Shown: positions 31,110 to 42,100, counted from the first letter of the stretch. The stretch is DNA of 64,000 nucleotides from a virus (IMGVR_UViG_3300008107_000019:54288-118287); one strand, 5' to 3'. Program-made: numbers and translations. Notes: a model not told the origin generated them from the letters alone.

Positions 31110-31624
31110 TGAACCTTCAATCAATAGAAAAGCTTAACGAACTACTATCAGAGTTTTTAAGTCCACAAATTACTGAAATACTAAATGCCTACGGCTCTGG
31201 TTCATCAGCAGAACAGTACTTTGTTAATATACCGGAATCAGACGCTGTTGATATGACTCTTGCAGACCTAGCTTCTTTGGTGGCTAGAACATCAAATGTT
31301 TACGGTAGAGTCACTAGATTTGCAGGAATGGCTCGAGCATATTATAAAATATGTGAGGGCAGATACAAGAAGGTATATAAGTCTAATAGAACTGGAAAGA
31401 ACGAAGCGGAGAGAGAGGCTAATGCTCTCGAAGCTGCAGAGGAGCAATACACAGCTATGATCACTGCAGAGTCAGTTGTTCAACTTGCCGAGTCTATGGA
31501 AGGCGCTGCTAGAATAGCATCAGAGTCCGCTAGAAAATTATTAGATAAAGTACAGTCTATGCAAATAGCTTCATACAGAGAGGAGAAGGGGTCCTATTCA
31601 GATAGTGACTTCAGTACCTACTAA
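31109..31624 (+). CDS. Helical hypothetical protein
   Basis: 171 aa operonic ORF, coiled-coil character. Confidence 0.7.
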   Translation: MNLQSIEKLNELLSEFLSPQITEILNAYGSGSSAEQYFVNIPESDAVDMTLADLASLVARTSNVYGRVTRFAGMARAYYKICEGRYKKVYKSNRTGKNEAEREANALEAAEEQYTAMITAESVVQLAESMEGAARIASESARKLLDKVQSMQIASYREEKGSYSDSDFSTY

Positions 31625-31627
31625 ATT

Positions 31628-31834
31628 ATGTATATAGGACATTACAAATCCGTATCTTCACCTGAAGAATTTTTTTCATCACCAAGAGAATCTTTAGATT
31701 TTCCAACTCAAGTTGAATTTGAAAAAAAGAGATACCTACTTAATGCTACGCATCATGTTATTTCTAAGTCTAATGAAAAAAGAATCGTAGCTTTTGCTGA
31801 GGCTAATAACATTAGATGTAATGTTGAAGTATGA
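31628..31834 (+). CDS. Hypothetical protein
   Basis: Operonic ORF. Confidence 0.55.
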   Translation: MYIGHYKSVSSPEEFFSSPRESLDFPTQVEFEKKRYLLNATHHVISKSNEKRIVAFAEANNIRCNVEV

Positions 31835-32283
31835 ATATAGAAGTTTTTTGTGACGGGGCTTCTAGAGGGCAAGGTCAAAAAAAGTTTGGAGAAGCTGCTT
31901 GTGCTGTTGTTGTCTACAAAAATAGAAAAAAGATAGCACAATTTGCAAGAGGCTTGGGTCCAAGAACAAACAATGAAGCAGAATATGAAGCCGTTATAGC
32001 AGCGCTGTTAATGTGCTCTATGTCTGACTTAATTGATCCAATAATCTACACTGATTCTGCTGTTGTAGCTAATCACATCAACGGAAAATGGAGATGCAGA
32101 AACGCTGCATTGGTTCCTCTCTTAATGACTATCCAGGATATAAAAGAAGAATATAAATTTAGAGTAATACAAGTTCCTAGAGCTTTTGTTTGGGAGCCAG
32201 ACTCTTTGGCTAATGAATTTCTAGATCAATTAGAGATGAAGAAGAGCGAAATATCTCAAGAACATGATACAATAATGAAATGA
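31831..32283 (+). CDS. rnhA: Ribonuclease HI
   Basis: FCDGASRG, TNNEAEYEA, YTDSAVV, QVPR, DSLAN. Confidence 0.88.
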   Translation: MNIEVFCDGASRGQGQKKFGEAACAVVVYKNRKKIAQFARGLGPRTNNEAEYEAVIAALLMCSMSDLIDPIIYTDSAVVANHINGKWRCRNAALVPLLMTIQDIKEEYKFRVIQVPRAFVWEPDSLANEFLDQLEMKKSEISQEHDTIMK

Positions 32284-33080
32284 GTAAAATGTACAATCCC
32301 GACTATCCAATTGTAGTTGGCCTTGCTGGCAAAGCTGCAACTGGTAAGACTTCAGTAGCTGAAACAATAGTACCAAAGGCATCCTTTGACAAGGTAAGAT
32401 CAGGTGTTTACTGGGATCATATCTTTTTTGCAATGCCACTATATGAATTACTTTCTATTAGAACAAAAATAGAAGGAGCTAATTCTCAGTCCAGAAAGTT
32501 ATTTGCAATTCATGAGACACTATATGATCTTTATGGCAACTCGACACTTGGCGATATGCCAAACTATTATTCCTTCATAAGCCTTGTTGACAACATCAAT
32601 AGGGAGCCAATAGATTTAAATGGGGCAAAACCAAGATCATTTTTGCAAAAAGCAGGAGATCTCTGTAGAGCCCATGACCCCAAGTGCTTTGCTAAATGGG
32701 GAGTAAGAAAGGCATACGAACTTCGTAGAGATTACGTTAAGTCACTGGAAGAAGATGAGACTCCAAATCCTTACTGTGTTTTAGTATCTGATGTACGCTT
32801 TGAGAATGAGGCAGAGTCAATACTAAAACTGCCCAATAGTATGTTAATTTTATTTGAGGCTTCAGACGAAGTCAGAAGAGAAAGAGTCTTTTCAAGAGAT
32901 GGCGTATATATGACAGACGAACAGTTGTCTCATAAGTCAGAAAAAGAAATAGACAACTTTACTCATCTCGTAGATGCTACAATTGATTCCTCTTCAATGT
33001 CTGTTGAGGATCAGGCGGTTAAAACAATAACATTAATAAAAGAAAAGTTTGGTTTAGTTAGCTATGCCCAAGATAAATAA
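32280..33080 (+). CDS. Deoxynucleoside monophosphate kinase
   Basis: GLAGKAATGKTS P-loop, PRSFLQ, VSDVRFENE, HKSE. Confidence 0.82.
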   Translation: MSKMYNPDYPIVVGLAGKAATGKTSVAETIVPKASFDKVRSGVYWDHIFFAMPLYELLSIRTKIEGANSQSRKLFAIHETLYDLYGNSTLGDMPNYYSFISLVDNINREPIDLNGAKPRSFLQKAGDLCRAHDPKCFAKWGVRKAYELRRDYVKSLEEDETPNPYCVLVSDVRFENEAESILKLPNSMLILFEASDEVRRERVFSRDGVYMTDEQLSHKSEKEIDNFTHLVDATIDSSSMSVEDQAVKTITLIKEKFGLVSYAQDK

Positions 33081-33384
33081 AAGTGCACAAGAAGAGAGTC
33101 TAGGCTCCCCAATAGAACAGGTGGTAAATTTAGTGTCAGGAGAAATATCAGTATCCTCAAGTCCAGTTTTTATTTGCGGTGTTAACAGAAAGGTTAATAT
33201 TGGCAACTTTGAAAACATCGACATATATGCTGGAATTACAATTCCTTTAGCTGGAGTGGACCCAGCCGACAAAGACGCCTTTAATGACGCCGTGAAAGAA
33301 GCAGCTGCATATGGCTTTTCTTTGGTTTCAAAAGAAACTGGTGAGAGATATATGTTAATTAAAGAGGGTCAACAGGGTAAGTGA
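33064..33384 (+). CDS. Hypothetical protein
   Basis: Operonic ORF; RKVNIGNFENIDI motif. Confidence 0.65.
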   Translation: MPKINKSAQEESLGSPIEQVVNLVSGEISVSSSPVFICGVNRKVNIGNFENIDIYAGITIPLAGVDPADKDAFNDAVKEAAAYGFSLVSKETGERYMLIKEGQQGK

Positions 33385-33425
33385 TATTACTATAATCATC
33401 TAGCGGATCTCGTCTAGGTGGTTGT

Positions 33426-33800
33426 ATGGATAATTACTACAGCGTAATAGTTGCTGTCATAGCTTCATTATCGTCGGTTTTAACTTACTTTTTAACAACT
33501 TCTTATCAAAAAAAAGCTCTTTTAAAAGAAAAAGAGCTAGAGTTTTATAAAGTTAAAACAGAAAATCTTACAGCTGAAAGAGAAATACTTACAGCCGAAG
33601 AAAAAAACCTTCGAGAAATGTTGCGCCAGCAGCTAGAAACGTGTAAAATAGAAAACGAAAGACTTGACAAGGAAATGGAAAACCTAAAAAGAAGGTTACT
33701 AACTATAGAACAAGAATTAAAAGCTTGGGAGTTAGGTTTAAAAGTTCCTAAAGGTTTTGAATTAATTCAGTTAGATACAAATGAGACAGAGGTAGATTAA
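33426..33800 (+). CDS. Membrane-anchored coiled-coil protein
   Basis: N-terminal TM helix then heptad-rich region; TTACTATA upstream. Confidence 0.65.
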   Translation: MDNYYSVIVAVIASLSSVLTYFLTTSYQKKALLKEKELEFYKVKTENLTAEREILTAEEKNLREMLRQQLETCKIENERLDKEMENLKRRLLTIEQELKAWELGLKVPKGFELIQLDTNETEVD

Positions 33801-34088
33801 ATGTTTAAAAAATTGATCAAAAAAATTAAGGGTCTGGTTGTTCCAGCTAAAAAAAAGTTGGACAAACAAGTAGATCAAATTTTAAATGAAGCGGAAAAGC
33901 TAGCAGAAAAAGCTGACGAAAAGATTGAAGAGATCAAAATAGAAGCAGCTGAAAAAGTAGAAGAAGCAGTCAAAGAAGCAGTTGCAGAAGCAGTTGCTCC
34001 CAAGGCAAAAAAGAAGTCTCCTGGTAGACCAAAAGGTTCTTCTGCCTCTAAAAAGGCACCCGCTAAAAAGCCTGCCCCTAAGAAATAA
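33801..34088 (+). CDS. Protein with Lys/Ala/Pro-rich histone-H1-like tail and AT-hook-like GRPKG
   Basis: KKSPGRPKGSSASKKAPAKKPAPKK. Confidence 0.7.
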   Translation: MFKKLIKKIKGLVVPAKKKLDKQVDQILNEAEKLAEKADEKIEEIKIEAAEKVEEAVKEAVAEAVAPKAKKKSPGRPKGSSASKKAPAKKPAPKK

Positions 34089-34112
34089 TAATCAATCTCA
34101 TTTGTAACAAAG

Positions 34113-34146
34113 GCTCCCCGCTTTATGTGGGGAGTTTTTGTTTTTT
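34113..34146 (+). terminator. Intrinsic terminator
   Basis: GCTCCCCGC-TTTAT-GTGGGGAGT followed by a long T run. Confidence 0.8.
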
Positions 34147-34231
34147 ATGGTAATTAGTTACTATGTAAGTATGTCGTTAGCAAAGTTTCGTAAGATCACA
34201 AAGGGTAACGTAAAGCCCAAAAGGAAACCAG

Positions 34232-34396
34232 ATGCCAAAGAAAAAGACGATTCGCCAAAAGAAAATAACCAAGGTAATGGATGAATTTGGCAAGGGTGCT
34301 CTTCATTCTGGTAAGGGCGGACCTGTAGTTAAAAGCCGTAAACAAGCGATTGCTATTGCTATATCTGTAGCTTCTAAAAGAAAGAACAAAAAGTAA
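34232..34396 (+). CDS. Small basic protein (DUF6496-like)
   Basis: Hand-translated: MPKKKTIRQKKITKVMDEFGKGALHSGKGGPVVKSRKQAIAIAISVASKRKNKK; below the ORF-track cutoff. Confidence 0.65.
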   Translation: MPKKKTIRQKKITKVMDEFGKGALHSGKGGPVVKSRKQAIAIAISVASKRKNKK

Positions 34397-34510
34397 TGGC
34401 TTTTAAAAAAAGTATTTACATTAGTGGACCAAGGATGGGAACTAATAATTACATGCACGGCATAGAGATTGTTGACATGAAAAAAATGTCAAAGAAAAAA
34501 GGAAAGAAAA

Positions 34511-34799
34511 ATGCCCGCAAAAAAAGATCCTAGACTGTCAAGAGCACGGAGTCAGTGGCTTCAATAAGCCAAAACGTACTCCTAATCATCCGAAGAAGTC
34601 TCACGTAGTTGTTGCCAAAGAAGGTAATAAGGTTAAAACAATTCGTTTTGGTCAACAAGGTGTTAGTGGTTCACCAAAAAAAGCTGGTGAATCATCTTCA
34701 TATAGAAAGCGTAGAGAGTCGTTTAAAGCACGTCACTCTGCTAATATTAAGAAGGGCAAAATGTCCGCAGCCTACTGGGCTAATAGAGTAAAATGGTAA
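34511..34799 (+). CDS. Small basic phage protein (~95 aa), joined across a +1 shift at CGGA 34547-34550
   Basis: MPAKKDPRLSRA-G-VSGFNKPKRTPNHPKKSHVVVAKEGNKVKTIRFGQQG...SAAYWANRVKW; the triplet reading stops after 18 codons. Confidence 0.8.
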
Positions 34800-34985
34800 G
34801 GAGAAAAATATGGCAATGTATGGTGATAATATGAAAAAGGGTGGCATGAAAAAAGGTGCTACTAAAAAAGCTGCCATGAAAAAAGGCGCAGCCAAAAAGA
34901 GTGAGGGCATGACCGCAGCTCAAAAGAAGCTTCCCCCTTTCATTCAAAAGGCTATCATGAATAAGAAGAAAAAGGGTAAGTAATA

Positions 34986-35201
34986 ATGGCAGCAAAGAAA
35001 AAAGCTGACAAAAAATGGATCCAAGGTGCAATTAAAAGACCAGGTGCTTTTACTGCTAAGGCTAAGAAGGCAGGTAAGTCTGTTGCTGGAATGGCAGCAG
35101 CTGTAACAAAGAATCCAGATAAATACAGTGCAACAACTGTACGTCAAGCTAATCTAGCTAAAACTCTTAGAAAGATTTCTGCTAAGAAAAAGAAGAAGTA
35201 A
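34986..35201 (+). CDS. Small Lys-rich protein
   Basis: KWIQGAIKRPGAFTAKAKKAG...QANLAKTL. Confidence 0.7.
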   Translation: MAAKKKADKKWIQGAIKRPGAFTAKAKKAGKSVAGMAAAVTKNPDKYSATTVRQANLAKTLRKISAKKKKK

Positions 35202-35202
35202 T

Positions 35203-35382
35203 ATGGCCAAGGTAAATAAACCAACTAAACCAGCTTTGTGGTCATCTGCAAAGTCTCAAGCAAAAGCAAAATTTGACGTATACCCATCAGCCTATGCAAA
35301 TGCATGGGCTGTAAAAAAGTATAAGTCAATGGGTGGTGGTTGGAGAACTGTATCTTCTACTAAAGGTAAGAAGAAGAAATAA
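35203..35382 (+). CDS. Small basic protein
   Basis: Hand-translated: MAKVNKPTKPALWSSAKSQAKAKFDVYPSAYANAWAVKKYKSMGGGWR...; below the ORF-track cutoff. Confidence 0.65.
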   Translation: MAKVNKPTKPALWSSAKSQAKAKFDVYPSAYANAWAVKKYKSMGGGWRTVSSTKGKKKK

Positions 35383-35383
35383 T

Positions 35384-35668
35384 ATGGCTGGTCCAAAGGG
35401 TGTTGGCTTAACTAAATGGTTTAACCAAAAATGGGTAAACATTGGTGCCCCAAAGAAAAAGGGTAAGTTTCAGCCCTGCGGAACATCTGGTGCTAATGGT
35501 ACTGGATATGCAAAGTGCGTTCCTGCTGCAAAAGCTAGGGCAATGACTCCAGCACAAAGGAAAAGTGCAGTACAGAGAAAAAGAAAGTCTGGCACTCCTC
35601 AGAAAGGAGTTAAAGGTCAGGCCCCTAGAAATGTTTCTACTTTTGCAAAAGGAAAAAAGAAAAAGTAA
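35384..35668 (+). CDS. Small basic protein
   Basis: LTKWFNQKWV...CG...KCVPAAKA...RKSAVQRKR. Confidence 0.7.
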   Translation: MAGPKGVGLTKWFNQKWVNIGAPKKKGKFQPCGTSGANGTGYAKCVPAAKARAMTPAQRKSAVQRKRKSGTPQKGVKGQAPRNVSTFAKGKKKK

Positions 35669-35672
35669 TCTA

Positions 35673-35891
35673 ATGTCAGATGAAATAGAAAACAGCTTTA
35701 GTGGCTTTATGCCAATGATAAGCTATGTTAATGTCAGCGAAGCAAATACGATGCTCTCCACAGAAGGAGAGCTTGTTCGAGCGCATACGGTCAATATCGT
35801 TACTAAGAACGGGGATAACTACGTTTTTAGTATGGATCCAGTTGATCTTATGCGCTTAGCTTTTTTGGTATTTAAAGTAGCTGGACAGTAA
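35673..35891 (+). CDS. Hypothetical protein
   Basis: ORF starting MSDEIENSF just after the previous stop. Confidence 0.55.
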   Translation: MSDEIENSFSGFMPMISYVNVSEANTMLSTEGELVRAHTVNIVTKNGDNYVFSMDPVDLMRLAFLVFKVAGQ

Positions 35892-35912
35892 TAAAAAAGG
35901 TATAATTGTTAT

Positions 35913-36152
35913 ATGAGTGAACAAATGTGGACATGGCTTTTATTTGCCATGGAATTAATAGGGGTAGTTGGAAGCTATCTAGTTGGAAATAAGAAATGGT
36001 ATGGACATTTAATCGTTGCCTTGCATTCTTTTCCGTGGGTGCTATACTCTATAGTGTTTGACAAGCCAGGATTTTTGGCTATGTGGGCTCTGTGGCAGTG
36101 GGTTCACTGGAGAAATATGTTTAGATGGAGAAAAGATAGTGTCAAATCCTAA
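35913..36152 (+). CDS. Small Trp-rich membrane protein
   Basis: Three hydrophobic segments; GGTATAAT -10 element just upstream. Confidence 0.65.
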   Translation: MSEQMWTWLLFAMELIGVVGSYLVGNKKWYGHLIVALHSFPWVLYSIVFDKPGFLAMWALWQWVHWRNMFRWRKDSVKS

Positions 36153-36849
36153 AGCTTCCATAATTATTACTAGCTATAATCAACCAGAATATTTAAAGCT
36201 ATGTATTGATTCTTGTATTAACCAAACTTATGAAAACATTGAGATCATAGTTGGTGACGATAATTCATCAGATGATGCGGTTTGGGATGTTATTAATAGT
36301 TATTCAGATGAAAGAGTTATATCCTTTAATTCAAAAATATCTGACGAACAAAGACCACTAACAGCACGTTATGCTACACAAATAAATACGGCTGTTAAAG
36401 AATATTCATCTGGTAAGTATCTTTTCTATTTACCAGATGATGATATTTTTTATCCAGACAAAGTAAGAATGCAGGTTGAGCACGCTGAAGAAACAGGCGT
36501 AGACGTAAACTACGCTGCACAGGATTTTATTGATGCTTCTGGAAGAGTAGCTGGAACTAGGTATGATGGTACTGGTGAAGTTTCTGGAAGAATACTTGAC
36601 GATGGTCACGGTATTCTAGATCATGGTCAAGTTATGAATACTCGCCAAGCTTATGATAATGTTGGCGGATGGGAAGATGATCCAGGAATGTGGGGTGGAG
36701 CAGATGCCTACTTCTGGAGTAGATTAAGTAGAGCTGGTTATAAATTCTATCCACTTCCTTTCTTATGTTTATCAGCAAAAAGATACAGAGAGCACTCTGT
36801 CCAATGGAATGTAGCACAAAATTTAATTCCATGGAAAAATAGTCGATGA
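36139..36849 (+). CDS. GT2-family glycosyltransferase
   Basis: SIIITSYNQ, NQTYENIEIIVGDDNSSD, YLPDDD. Confidence 0.88.
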   Translation: MSNPKASIIITSYNQPEYLKLCIDSCINQTYENIEIIVGDDNSSDDAVWDVINSYSDERVISFNSKISDEQRPLTARYATQINTAVKEYSSGKYLFYLPDDDIFYPDKVRMQVEHAEETGVDVNYAAQDFIDASGRVAGTRYDGTGEVSGRILDDGHGILDHGQVMNTRQAYDNVGGWEDDPGMWGGADAYFWSRLSRAGYKFYPLPFLCLSAKRYREHSVQWNVAQNLIPWKNSR

Positions 36850-37727
36850 AGCTAGTTGTTGTAGCGCCTGGTAATTTTGCACCATCGGGAGGACCGGAAG
36901 CTTTACATCAGTTAGTACACATGGCTAATGTAGTTGAACCAGGAAGCTGTGGCATATTATATGAACCTTCAGATTTTTTACAGCAGTCCATAGAACCATA
37001 TTTAAAATATAATTGTCCCATAATAAGAAAAGAAGATTTACCTTCCAACGCTTTAGTTGTTCTACCCGAGATATGGCCAGAGTTATCTAATAATTTTTCC
37101 AATAAATGTGCACTGTGGTGGTTGTCGGTTGATTTTTTTGGCACACAGGGTCATTCTAAAATTAATGGAATAGATTATCATCTAGCCCAGTCGCACTACG
37201 CTTATGAGCATGTTTCATCACTCACAAAACAAAAGCCATTAATGTTGAGCGATTGGATTGATATAAATATAAAAGAATCAAGTAATTCTAATAATACAAT
37301 TTGTGTAAATCCAGCCAAAGGCGCTGATTTAATAGAATTATTTGAGTCAAAAAATCCTGATCTTTCTTTTATTAAACTAAGATCGATGACTAAGGTTGAT
37401 GTTATAAATTCTTTATTATCTTCAAAAATTTATATAGATTTTGGACATCATCCAGGTAAGGATAGAATACCAAGAGAAGCTAGCTTATGTGGCTGTGTTG
37501 TTTTAGTTAAGAACTCTGGCGCAGCAAAATACTATGAAGATGTCTCTATAGATAACTATTACAAGTTTGATGATCTAGAAGAGTTGAATATAAAAGTTAG
37601 AGATATTTTGTTTAATTTTTCTTATCATCAAGAAAAACAGTTCACTTATAGGGATAAAACAAGAAATGAAAAAGAAATTTTTAGACTAGAAGTTTCTAAA
37701 TTATTAGAATTAGCGAGTTTACAATGA
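36846..37727 (+). CDS. Putative GT-B glycosyltransferase
   Basis: SGGPEALHQL, VLPEIW, NPAKG, YIDFGHHPGKDRIPREA. Confidence 0.7.
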   Translation: MKLVVVAPGNFAPSGGPEALHQLVHMANVVEPGSCGILYEPSDFLQQSIEPYLKYNCPIIRKEDLPSNALVVLPEIWPELSNNFSNKCALWWLSVDFFGTQGHSKINGIDYHLAQSHYAYEHVSSLTKQKPLMLSDWIDINIKESSNSNNTICVNPAKGADLIELFESKNPDLSFIKLRSMTKVDVINSLLSSKIYIDFGHHPGKDRIPREASLCGCVVLVKNSGAAKYYEDVSIDNYYKFDDLEELNIKVRDILFNFSYHQEKQFTYRDKTRNEKEIFRLEVSKLLELASLQ

Positions 37728-38455
37728 ACGCAAATAAAGTTATTGAAGATGTAAAGAATATTTTTAAAAATATAGATAAGTCTTTGCTCTTGGATCAAAA
37801 TTATCTAGAACAAAACCTTATTGTCGATCTTGGTTTAAATAATGAAAATCTTACTGAGCAGCCGATAGAATTGTCTGAACACTTTGGTGGAGGATTAGGG
37901 CTTAGAATTTGGCAGTACCCAAATCAGTTTTCTAAATACATGGTTGAGTTATCAAAACATGCCGATAAAATAACATCTTACTTAGAGATAGGTTGTAGGC
38001 ATGGTGGAACGTATGTACTTACAACTGAATTTCTTAAGGTTATAAATACAAACTTTAAAAGATCTACGGCTATAGATATTATAGAAGCTAATGAAATACT
38101 TCAGTCTTATGTTGGTCTTACAAGTGAAGCTGAGTTTATAAAAATGAATTCAGGTTCTCAAGAGTTTAAAGATTTTATTTCAAGTAATTTTTTTGACATA
38201 GTCTTTATAGACGGTGACCATTCATATGATTTTGTGAAGAACGATGCAGAAATTACAAGAAACTACTGCAATATTCAAGTATTTCATGACACGGTAAACG
38301 ATGCTTGTCCAGGTGTTGGAATTTACTGGAATGAATTAAAAAATACCCATAGTAGTATGTATGATTTTTTTGATTTTACAGATCAGTATGATTCCGTTGA
38401 CGGCACTTACCTTGGAATAGGAGTTGCCGTACGCAAAGAGTGGATTACTATATAA
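37724..38455 (+). CDS. Class I SAM-dependent methyltransferase (Methyltransf_24-like)
   Basis: YLEIGCRHGGT, FIDGDHSY, FHD. Confidence 0.82.
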   Translation: MNANKVIEDVKNIFKNIDKSLLLDQNYLEQNLIVDLGLNNENLTEQPIELSEHFGGGLGLRIWQYPNQFSKYMVELSKHADKITSYLEIGCRHGGTYVLTTEFLKVINTNFKRSTAIDIIEANEILQSYVGLTSEAEFIKMNSGSQEFKDFISSNFFDIVFIDGDHSYDFVKNDAEITRNYCNIQVFHDTVNDACPGVGIYWNELKNTHSSMYDFFDFTDQYDSVDGTYLGIGVAVRKEWITI

Positions 38456-38484
38456 ACTATAATTATAATAAAAAGGAGAAACAA

Positions 38485-39009
38485 ATGCCCAGAAAGTATA
38501 CTGGAAACACCGATGGCAATGGCGGTAAGGCTAAGCCAGGTACTACTAAATTAGTAGAATTTATGCAGAAGAGATGGGGTTTCACCAATCTTGGAATTTA
38601 TGCCAATAGATCAATGAATAACCCTAAAGCTACACCTGGTGATCCAAAGTGGCTATCAGTCCACGCTACAGGTCGTGCATGTGACGTTGGTTACGCCAAT
38701 AGAAAAGCTGCCCTTCAGGCATGGGATTGGTTGCTTGCCAATACTGCTGCTTTAGGTATTGAAGAAATACACGACTACGCCTTTGATAAAGATGGTAAAG
38801 AAGGTCCAGCAAAAGCTTGGGGTCGCGGTTACCGCTGCTCAAGAGGCGAAGGCGCAAAAGGCGTAAAGGTCTATGACGCTAAAGATAACGCTGGTTCAAT
38901 GGGCGGTAAGTGGCTGCACATTGAGCTTTCTCCAGAAATGGCAAACGACGCTGCTAAATTTGAAGCTGCGTGGAAAGCAATTCCAAAACCAGATCCAATT
39001 ATTAAGTAG
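38485..39009 (+). CDS. Putative endolysin / zinc peptidase (M15-like fold)
   Basis: R...SVHATGRACD and WLHIE zinc-ligand pattern; AAGGAG SD and TTACTATA upstream. Confidence 0.65.
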   Translation: MPRKYTGNTDGNGGKAKPGTTKLVEFMQKRWGFTNLGIYANRSMNNPKATPGDPKWLSVHATGRACDVGYANRKAALQAWDWLLANTAALGIEEIHDYAFDKDGKEGPAKAWGRGYRCSRGEGAKGVKVYDAKDNAGSMGGKWLHIELSPEMANDAAKFEAAWKAIPKPDPIIK

Positions 39010-39062
39010 CAATTTGCCAGTAGTACTGGTATAATATACTCCTTGCTACGGAGGCCGGTGCT

Positions 39063-39094
39063 AGCCCCAGTGACTTAAGTGTCACTGGGGCTTT
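39063..39094 (+). terminator. Hairpin, probable terminator
   Basis: AGCCCCAGTGAC-TTAAGT-GTCACTGGGGCT, 12-bp perfect stem. Confidence 0.75.
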
Positions 39095-39166
39095 CCCCTT
39101 TATTGGGCCGCCACTAAATTACGCATAGCCTATTACTATAAAGGGTGTCTACCTGGAGGGGTAATA

Positions 39167-42100
39167 ATGCGTATAAAACCACGTCGCGGATCTTGGATTC
39201 TTGCTGTACTTTTTAGTATTGCTGTATCGTTTCCACAAATACAAGCAAATGCTTCTCAAAATGGAGAAGTAATATTTGGCTATCAACAGGGAACTATTTC
39301 TCAGCAAAACAATGTAAATCTGTCTGGGAAAACATTAGTTTCTTATGAAGTAAAAGCTAGAGAGACGCAGGACTGGAAGCCAGCTGACGACCCACTTGGG
39401 ATAATGTTATCCTTTTATGACGCTTCAAATAACTTGTTAGGAACATCTCTTCCATTTAATACAACCCTATCATCATCTACTTATCAATCTTTTACTGGTT
39501 CAGAAAACCCTTCTTCTTTGCAATTTTGGAATGATGTAAGCTCAATAAAGGTATCTGTAACTGGTGGAGATGGTGAATTCTGGGCTGGAAATTACGGAAC
39601 CGCTTTAGATTTTGTTAAGCTATTTGTGGACGGGACTCAAGTATTGTCTAACTCAGAGTTTAATGATGGTGACACTGGTTGGAGTTCCGATATTGGTTGG
39701 CAGGCTTGTTCTGGAGGAAGCGGCGGAGCACCTTGTGTGAATATCTCCGCTCCAGCTACTTCATTAGAAGTTACATCACTTGCCGACACACTTGATTCTG
39801 GCACTTTGAGATGGGCTATAACACAGGCAAATGCTACTAGTGGTGGTATTTATGACAGCATTACTTTTGCCAGCGGTTTATCTGGAACAATAACCTTAAC
39901 GTCAGCACTGCCAGCAATATCTCAAAACTTAACAATAATTGGACCAGGACAAGGATCCTTAATAATTGATGGTAACGCTTTATATAGGCCGTTTATGGTC
40001 AACCAAAGTGTCACATTAGGTGTTTCAAATTTAACTCTTAAAAAGGGTCAGAATGTTAGTGGTGGATTAATTTACAACAACAGAGGAACTGTTACAGCTT
40101 CTAATGTTAGATTTACCAGCATGACTGGAGGAAGTGCAGTATTTAATAACAATGGCGGAGCGGTAGCCACATATACAGACTGTACATTTGATAATCTTTC
40201 TATAGGAATTGCGGGCGACTATGGATCAACTCCATCATTACCTGCCGGCACTACCAGTTGGGAAAACTATGCCGACTCTGGTTTTCAAAATAGAACTTAT
40301 GTAAACAGAGGAACATTTAACAATAACTGGGCAGGTATCTATAATTATAGATTTACTAAGATTGAAAACTCCACATTTTCCAATAATAGTTATGGCGCAA
40401 ATGTTACTGGTTTAAACAGGACCCAGATTTATAACTCAACATTTAATACCAACAGCATAGCCGTTTATCACAATGCCTGGATTCCTCCAACATTTAACAT
40501 GGGTACTGATAATAGATTAATTACTGGTAATAACTTTATTAACAATGGTACATCAATTTATCTAGACGATGGATATAACAACGGCAATAAGTATCAGGGT
40601 TGGTCAACTATATCTAATAATACATGGGATGAAAACGGAACATGGATTCAATATTATTATTGGAACGGTTCTACAAACGTAGGTGCAACAGCTACTCCAT
40701 ATAGCACTGGGACACAGTTTATTCAATCTTCAAACACTGTTCCAACAACAACAACCACTACCACAACAACTACGACTACCACAACCACTGTACCAGAAAC
40801 TACTACTACAGAGCCAGAAACAACTACAACTGAGCCATCGGTTGTCCCTCCTCCTGTTGAAACTATTCCAACAGAAAATACTACTGTCTCAATTCCAGAG
40901 CTAGATCCAACTCCAGTTTCAACTCCTGAAACAGAAACCACAACAGTAACTATTCCAGAACAAGATACAACACCTGTTTCTACTCCAGAAATAGATACAA
41001 CCCCAGTAACAATTCCAGAGCCAGAAGATTTACCAAATGAAACAATTCCAGAAGTAAGTATTCCAGAACAGACGCAAAATACAGCAGATGAAACAGTTAC
41101 TGATATCTTTAAAAATTCAGATGATGCAGATGAACTTGGGGCTGCGGTAACTGATGCAATTTCTAACGCTGACTCTCCTGAAGAAATTGCAGCGCTAGTT
41201 ACATCTCTTTTTGATGGACCAATGAACAATGAAGAGTTTTCAGCTGTTGTTGATTCCGTTTTTGCCGATGATCTTTCAACTGAAGAATTAAGTGCGGTTT
41301 TGGACGCAGTCTTTACTGAGCCATTGTCAGATGAAAAATTTACTGAAGTAATAGATGCAGTTTTGGACTCTCCACTTACTGATGAACAATTTGCAGAAGT
41401 TGTTGAAATACTTGAATCCGACAACGTTACTGAAGAACAAGTTTCTACAGCGGTTGACAATATTTTAGAAAATGGCATTACAGAAGATCAAGCAACCGAA
41501 CTTGCTACAAGCGAAAAAGTTTTGGAAAGCATTGACGCAGACCAGGCGGCAGACATCTTCGAGGAAATTCCAGTTAGTGATTTAACAGAGGAAGAAGAGG
41601 CAGCACTTGTTGAAGCTGTTACTGACGCTCCAGAAGAGGTTAAAAATGCATTCGAAGAAACAATTGACGTATATGCAGCAGGTCTTGATGACTACGTTGC
41701 CGTTGGTTCTAACATTGATGTAGGGTCAAGAAGAACTCTACTTGCAGCCACAACAGCGATGGCTAGCGTAACTGTTGCAGCAGCTGGTTCTGCTGGAGGA
41801 TCAGGTGGAGGTAACGGTGGTGGATCTGGTGGAGGAAATGGATCTGGATCTGGATCAAATAATAACTCTGCTAGAAAAGAAGAGGAACAAGAAGACGAGG
41901 AAGAAGAGTCCGCAGAAATAGAAGGACCGGAAGGCGACGAAGAAGAAAATAATTTTACAAGAAATAGTATATTTAAATATCAGGAGGGAACAATGAAAAG
42001 AACTTTTAGCCCTTGGGGGTTTGTCAAAAAGTTCGCAAAGGAAACAGCTGCACTAGCCTTTACTATATCAGGAACAGTAATAGTTTTTGCAACTCTTTCT

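Noticed and set aside
40723-41478. Long antisense ORFs (also 10701..11156, 26800..27222, 43210..43485, 44365..44583)
   Set aside because: They are shadows of repetitive or biased coding sequence on the opposite strand and lack SD sites or recognisable motifs.
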